Shown here: positions 16,766-21,664 of the stretch, piece by piece
How positions within the stretch are numbered: position 1 is the first letter of the stretch
Layout of the letters: each line of letters starts with the position of its first letter
NCBI GenBank assembly: GCA_035285545.1
Contig: JAYKGY010000052.1
Coordinates: 1-21,664, forward strand
Source of the DNA: Snowella sp.
Lineage (GTDB): Bacteria; Cyanobacteriota; Cyanobacteriia; Cyanobacteriales; Microcystaceae
Direction: 5' to 3'
DNA length: 21,664 nucleotides
Program-made: the position numbers and the translations under genes
The notes under the pieces: generated by a model
What the model saw: only the letters and a program-made list of their open reading frames with translations
Databases searched by the model: none
What the model was told of the DNA's origin: nothing

Positions 16766-16984
16766 TTATAACATGAGTTCCTGCATAAATTCTTCTTCAG
16801 AAACCCAATCATCTGCCTGTTCTGCTTGCCTAATAGATTCCACTAAACCAGCAATAGACTGTAAGTAAAGAGTTTCTTGATCTGTGTCGCAACCACTTTG
16901 AGCTAATAAACCATCATTCTCCTGTAAACTGTTGATTCTGTCAGGAAATTGAGTTTGTGCTTCCTTCGTAGCATCGTTTTTCAT
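16766..16984 (-). CDS. Small acidic protein resembling the C-terminal part of Phd/YefM antitoxins
   Basis: QETLYLQSIAGLVESIRQA resembles the ETLYLLSIPGMRESI segment of YefM-like antitoxins; no toxin gene adjacent. Confidence 0.5.
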   Translation of the reverse strand: MKNDATKEAQTQFPDRINSLQENDGLLAQSGCDTDQETLYLQSIAGLVESIRQAEQADDWVSEEEFMQELML

Positions 16985-17075
16985 AGCTTATACAAGGCTT
17001 AATTGTTAGTTAGAACAGTCGGTAAAGTTGTTATAACGTATAAAATCTAGATTGTTCCTCAATTCTCCATTTTTT

Positions 17076-18293
17076 ATGACAACCGCACCTTTAAGCTGGA
17101 CTGAATTAGAAGCTCTTACGGATTTTCAAATTGATACGGTCAACGGCCCTACTAATGCTCAAGCTCGGTTGCGTTTATTTGGACAGTCTGAATCGGACGT
17201 GCGGGTGACCCTTTATCGGGATCATCATGCTTGGTGTCCCTACTGCCAAAAAGTGTGGTTGTGGTTAGAGGAAAAGCAGATTCCTTACCGCATCGAAAAG
17301 GTGACGATGTTTTGTTATGGGGAAAAGGAAAGTTGGTATAAGCGCAAAGTGCCTTCGGGAATGTTGCCTGCTCTTGAGCTAGACGGGCGTTTGATCACCG
17401 AAAGTGACGATATTTTATTGGCGTTAGAAAGAACTTTTACTCCCTTAGTTCGCAGTTTGGAAGATCCGGCGGTGATTCCCCTCCGACGGTTAGAACGATT
17501 GCTGTTTAGAGCCTGGTGTTCCTGGTTGTGTTATCCTGCGCGATCGCCGAGAGAAGACCAGAAAAATCGAGAGCAGTTTATTAATGTGGTGCAACAAGTG
17601 GAAGCTGCATTAGGGCAAACCTCTGGGCCATACTTTTTAGAAGAATTTAGCGTGGTGGATGTGATTTTTACGCCCTACGTGGAACGGATGAATGCCAGTC
17701 TTTATTACTACAAAGGTTACTCGTTACGGGAAGAAAATCCCCGCTTTTCTGCCTGGTTTGATGCAATGGAAAGCCGCATGACCTATCGGGGAACCCAAAG
17801 TGATTTCCATACTCACGCCCACGATTTACCGCCGCAAATGGGAGGTTGCTATGAAAATGGGGAACCCCAAATGCTCATCAATAAAGCACGGGTGGATAAT
17901 GGCCCTTGGTTTGGCTTGCCTGATGTGACCTATGCTGAGCCTGAAACCTCTCGCGCTGAAGCTTTGCAACGGGTGTTAAAACATCGAGCCAATATTATCC
18001 GCGTCAATCCGGCTGAAGATAGTTTATTTGAGGAAGCTCTCCGTTGTGCCTTAACGCATTTGATAACGGGAGAAGTCTGTAAACCGCCGATGGGTTCGGA
18101 TTCGGCGTTACGGTATTTACGCGATCGCATTAGTGTCCCCAGGGATATGTCGATCTATGCGGCTAAACGGTTAAAAGAATCCTTAGAATTTACTGCGGCC
18201 TTAGTCGGCAATGAACAGGGCGCACCGATCCCCGTCAGACACCGCAGAGATCAAGATCCTGCCAATTTTGCCAAGATTTTAAATCCGATGTAG
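17076..18293 (+). CDS. Glutathione S-transferase family protein (Cys-GST type)
   Basis: [29 protein letters not shown]...[21 protein letters not shown] 17076. Confidence 0.9.
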   Translation: MTTAPLSWTELEALTDFQIDTVNGPTNAQARLRLFGQSESDVRVTLYRDHHAWCPYCQKVWLWLEEKQIPYRIEKVTMFCYGEKESWYKRKVPSGMLPALELDGRLITESDDILLALERTFTPLVRSLEDPAVIPLRRLERLLFRAWCSWLCYPARSPREDQKNREQFINVVQQVEAALGQTSGPYFLEEFSVVDVIFTPYVERMNASLYYYKGYSLREENPRFSAWFDAMESRMTYRGTQSDFHTHAHDLPPQMGGCYENGEPQMLINKARVDNGPWFGLPDVTYAEPETSRAEALQRVLKHRANIIRVNPAEDSLFEEALRCALTHLITGEVCKPPMGSDSALRYLRDRISVPRDMSIYAAKRLKESLEFTAALVGNEQGAPIPVRHRRDQDPANFAKILNPM

Positions 18294-18308
18294 GTGGGAG
18301 ACCGTGAG

Positions 18309-19118
18309 ATGATCAAGCCTTTTAAAATACGTCCTATCCGCAAATTTTGGTTAATGGTTTTGGGCATTGTCGTTTTGGGGTTATCTTTGCTGTCCACCCA
18401 AATTCCTACTACGGTCGTGGCTCAAGCGTCCTCTGACCAATCCCAAGCTAAAATTTCAGAAATTGCTACATGGCAAAGGTTTCTTGTTGATATTACGGAC
18501 GTTATTCCTGATATTCCTTTAGATATTCGCTATTTTACGGATTATAACTTCATTGGCAGACGAATTGATGGGTATAACGCGCCCAAGTGTTTATTAACGC
18601 CCCAAGCGGCCACAGCCTTAAAACGGGTACAAGCGGAATTAGTCCCGCAAGGTTACTCACTGAAAATTTATGATTGTTACCGTCCTCAACAGGCAGTAGA
18701 TTTATTTGTACTCTGGGCAAAAGATATGGCTGATACTAAGGCTCAGTCGCTGTTTTATCCTTCAGTCAAGAAACAAGACCTATTTAGTCAAGGGTACATT
18801 GCTGAAAAATCAGGTCATAGCCGAGGCAGCACGGTCGATTTAACGATTATTCCGCTAAACAGTAACATGTCGGCTCCTTGTCAACTCGGCAAAAATTGCA
18901 AAGATAATACTATTGATATGGGCAGTCCCTTTGACTTTTTCGATCCCCTTTCCCATACCTTGAATTCTGCAATTTCTCCTGCTCAACAACAGAATCGCCT
19001 AAAGTTAAAAACCGCGATGGAAAAGCAGGGTTTTAAAAATTTATCGGAAGAGTGGTGGCATTACACCTTAAAAGATGAATCCTATCCCAATACTTATTTT
19101 AATTTTCCCATTGAGTGA
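18309..19118 (+). CDS. D-Ala-D-Ala dipeptidase (VanX/DdpX, peptidase M15D) with signal peptide
   Basis: IRYFTDYNF.G, YDCYRPQ, SGHSRGSTVDLT, DMGSPFDFF, EEWWHY; basic + hydrophobic N-terminus ending in AQA. Confidence 0.92.
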   Translation: MIKPFKIRPIRKFWLMVLGIVVLGLSLLSTQIPTTVVAQASSDQSQAKISEIATWQRFLVDITDVIPDIPLDIRYFTDYNFIGRRIDGYNAPKCLLTPQAATALKRVQAELVPQGYSLKIYDCYRPQQAVDLFVLWAKDMADTKAQSLFYPSVKKQDLFSQGYIAEKSGHSRGSTVDLTIIPLNSNMSAPCQLGKNCKDNTIDMGSPFDFFDPLSHTLNSAISPAQQQNRLKLKTAMEKQGFKNLSEEWWHYTLKDESYPNTYFNFPIE

Positions 19119-19274
19119 ATGAATTTTCCTTGACGTGATCGCAGACTAAGAATATTAAAATATGCTGATCCTGTGAAAACTTTTCAAAAATCTGGGTATA
19201 TTAATTTCATAACGGCTTAGAATTCTATTGATAGTTATTCTACTGAACCAGATAAAACGATTTGGGATAGCGTA

Positions 19275-19964
19275 ATGGATGGCAGCTTAGTTTTTACTCA
19301 AAGCCCTGAAGAAGAGGAGTTAGCTAGAAAAAAGGAAGAACTAGCAGCTTTAGAGTCGGAATTAATTCAAAAAGAATTAGATTTAAATACTTTTCAGGCA
19401 GAGGTACACAGTTTTGAGCGTGAATATTTACAAATTATTGGAAGTCGCTATACAGAGTTAGAGCGAATTGAGGCTCAAATTACTGAATACATGGAGTATT
19501 TGGAGTCTTCTAGGGATTTTAAACCTTCGGACAGTCTGAAAAAGCTTTATCGAGAGGTCGCTAAAAAAATTCATCCTGATTTGGCAACGGATGAGGAGGA
19601 AAAAATTCGTCGTCAGGATTTAATGGCTCAGGTCAATGAGGCTTATGAGCAGGGAGATGAGGAAAAGTTAAGGGCTATTTTACAGAATTGGGAGAGTAGT
19701 CCTGAGTCGGTAAAGGGTGAAGGGGTTGCAATGGAGTTGATTAGAGTGATTCGCAAAATTTCCCAATGTCGATCGCGTTTGGTTGCGATTACTCAGGAGA
19801 TTGACGCTTTGACTGAAACGGATCTTTATCAGTTAAAGGTTGAGGTTGATCAGGCTAAGGAAACAGGGCAGGATTTGTTAGCTGATATGGCGCAACATTT
19901 GGATGAACAAATTACGGAAGCTCAAGCCCGCTTAAAGGAATTAAAAGAAAAGTTAGGAGTTTAA
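19275..19964 (+). CDS. Coiled-coil protein with a central truncated J-domain (HPD motif)
   Basis: LKKLYREVAKKIHPDL...MAQVNEAY flanked by long acidic coiled coils. Confidence 0.82.
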   Translation: MDGSLVFTQSPEEEELARKKEELAALESELIQKELDLNTFQAEVHSFEREYLQIIGSRYTELERIEAQITEYMEYLESSRDFKPSDSLKKLYREVAKKIHPDLATDEEEKIRRQDLMAQVNEAYEQGDEEKLRAILQNWESSPESVKGEGVAMELIRVIRKISQCRSRLVAITQEIDALTETDLYQLKVEVDQAKETGQDLLADMAQHLDEQITEAQARLKELKEKLGV

Positions 19965-19967
19965 ACT

Positions 19968-21281
19968 ATGGCTAATGAAAATAATCAGGATTTAACGCGA
20001 TTCAATGAGCAGGAGTTGGCAAAATACTCTTCTGATTTATTGAAAAAAGGCTTGAATCTATCCAAGAAAATTTCATCCAAGATTGATAAAGATAATCTTG
20101 TCAATTCAATATCTTCAAATCGATGGAATAACTTTTTTATTCAAGGAATCAAGCATTATGCACTAGGCGATATAAAAACAGCAATAGATTGTTTTGATAA
20201 ATCACTAGAAACTGATCAAAATTGTTTTGAATCTTTATTTTTAAGAGGTTTTTCTCATACTTTACTAGGCAATCAAGAGGATAGTAAAAAAGATTTAGAT
20301 TTAGCATTAATCAAAACAAATAATCATGATACTATCTTTACCTTATACGCAAAAGGACATTTGTCAGGAATTTCTAAAAAAGATGATGATATGATTAAAT
20401 ATCATTATAATTTATTGTCTATCAATCCTGACTATAAAAGACCTTATGTTGCAGAAGAAATATTTATACAAGGATATATTTACTATTTATTTCAGGATCA
20501 AATCGCTTCACTTGAAAAATTAAATAAAGCTTTAGAAATAAATCCAAATTTTGTTCTTGCTCTCGTACTAAGAGGATGTATTTTCTGGAATATCGGAAAT
20601 TATCAAAACTCTCTTCAAGATTTAAATAGTTCACTAGAACTTAACCCAAGACATATAAATAATGCCCATACTTTTTATATTCGTGCATGTGTACATAAAG
20701 CTTTGGGCAATTACGAAGTAGCGATTAGTGATTTTAATGAATCTATTAGACTTTATAATAATACTAGCTCAAAAATAATTCTAAATTTTAATTTCTCTAA
20801 CTTTGTAAATGTCTATCTTGAAAGGGGAAAACTTCTTAATTATTTAGGAAACTACTATGGCGCAATAGAAGACTTTAATTATGTGATTGAAATCGATCCT
20901 TACTGTCTATCAGCTTATATTCAACGAGCTACAATTTATTATGAGCACGGACAAAAATCACAAGCTCTTATTGACTGTCAACGAGCATTAGATATCGATT
21001 CAAATTATGCAATGGCTTATATTTTAAGAGGAAAAATTTATAATGAATCAGGAAACTATCAATCAGCTGTTAATGATTGGACAATAGGTTTTTTATTACA
21101 AGGAAATGAATATCAACAATCAGGGGACTATAAAGCTGCTATTGAAAACTATACGGCAATTTTAGAATTTGATCCAAATAATTATTTGGCTTATAACCAA
21201 CGTAGTTCTGCCCGTTCAGCAGTAGGAGATTATCAAGGAGCAATGGAAGACTTAGCAAAAGCAAGACAATTTTCTACTTAA
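19968..21281 (+). CDS. Tetratricopeptide repeat protein
   Basis: Many TPRs (AIDCFDKSLE, NKALEINPNF, GNYYGAIEDFNYVIEIDP, GDYKAAIENYTAILEFDP); starts 3 nt after the J-domain gene stop. Confidence 0.9.
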   Translation: MANENNQDLTRFNEQELAKYSSDLLKKGLNLSKKISSKIDKDNLVNSISSNRWNNFFIQGIKHYALGDIKTAIDCFDKSLETDQNCFESLFLRGFSHTLLGNQEDSKKDLDLALIKTNNHDTIFTLYAKGHLSGISKKDDDMIKYHYNLLSINPDYKRPYVAEEIFIQGYIYYLFQDQIASLEKLNKALEINPNFVLALVLRGCIFWNIGNYQNSLQDLNSSLELNPRHINNAHTFYIRACVHKALGNYEVAISDFNESIRLYNNTSSKIILNFNFSNFVNVYLERGKLLNYLGNYYGAIEDFNYVIEIDPYCLSAYIQRATIYYEHGQKSQALIDCQRALDIDSNYAMAYILRGKIYNESGNYQSAVNDWTIGFLLQGNEYQQSGDYKAAIENYTAILEFDPNNYLAYNQRSSARSAVGDYQGAMEDLAKARQFST

Positions 21282-21306
21282 TGAATTTATCTTCTCTTTT
21301 ATAATT

Positions 21307-21664
21307 ATGGACGTTAAAGAAATACAAGAAATTGCCAATCAACTAACCCTAAATCTCGACAATCCTAAATCTGTTAAATTACAAGTTAAACAAATTAACT
21401 TGGCTCAAAAACAACTCCGAGCTATCAAAAAGGAAATTAACGGAATTATTCGTAATATCAATCAAAATGCTAGTCAATCCTATTCTGATAGCGTTGTTTC
21501 AGTCGGATTAGATCTACTCGGTAAAAACAAATGGGCGGGAAGAGTCCGAGCCGAAACCCGACGTATGATAGAGCGAAATAAAAAAGATGAACGTCAACCC
21601 TATTTAGAACTCAAAGACTATATTGATTCCCTGATTTTGGAAGGCGATAAACTGAAACTCAAAG
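21307..21664 (+). CDS. Hypothetical helical/coiled-coil protein (partial, runs off the window)
   Basis: Open frame from ATG 21307: MDVKEIQEIANQLTLNLDNPKSVKLQVKQINLAQKQLRAIKKEIN...LILEGDKLKLK; not in the supplied ORF track because it has no stop in the window. Confidence 0.8.
   Translation, partial: MDVKEIQEIANQLTLNLDNPKSVKLQVKQINLAQKQLRAIKKEINGIIRNINQNASQSYSDSVVSVGLDLLGKNKWAGRVRAETRRMIERNKKDERQPYLELKDYIDSLILEGDKLKLK

Larger units (their letters stand above)
848..18128. repeat. Dispersed HIP1 octamers (GCGATCGC), about 25 copies
   Basis: Counted by eye, e.g. 848, 2041, 4601, 8120, 11115, 12097, 13562, 18121; none found in 8128-11114 or after 18128. Confidence 0.9.

Noticed and set aside
1166..18130. 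Short antisense or alternate-frame ORFs inside sppA, SPFH, nfeD, acr3, COP23, the ParB-like gene, AI-2E, ubiX, the peroxiredoxin-like gene and GST
   Set aside because: Shadow ORFs of well-supported genes, with no independent coding signal
1..21664. CRISPR array, tRNA or rRNA genes
   Set aside because: No regularly spaced repeats, cloverleaf or rRNA-like sequence seen

Overview
Chromosomal window from a cyanobacterium: about 25 HIP1 octamers (GCGATCGC), a Yfr2-like ncRNA, a COP23 gene and an HLR1-like motif; probably a unicellular Chroococcales/Synechocystis-like lineage (inference). From left to right: 3' end and terminal repeat of a probable IS630 element, DUF427 gene, Yfr2-like sRNA, nfeD-SPFH-sppA cluster, small conserved ORF with an RpaB/HLR1-like promoter, arsR-acr3 with two ArsR operators, COP23, pyrR and a Cys-rich microprotein. 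An AT-rich, HIP1-free island (~8.4-11.1 kb) follows. It encodes a PD-(D/E)xK nuclease-ParA ATPase fusion, a ParB-like/helix-hairpin-helix partner and a hicB-hicA pair whose toxin is inactivated. Next come a sugar ABC permease, AI-2E transporter, ubiX, a REP-like hairpin doublet, cbiD, a stand-alone PAS protein, a peroxiredoxin-like gene, an orphan antitoxin-like ORF, a GST and a D-Ala-D-Ala dipeptidase. The window ends in a second HIP1-free block (J-domain coiled coil, TPR protein, truncated helical ORF). The best candidates for an undescribed system are the nuclease-ParA + ParB-like/HhH pair and the J-domain/TPR trio. All calls come from motif recognition by eye; no database searches were run.
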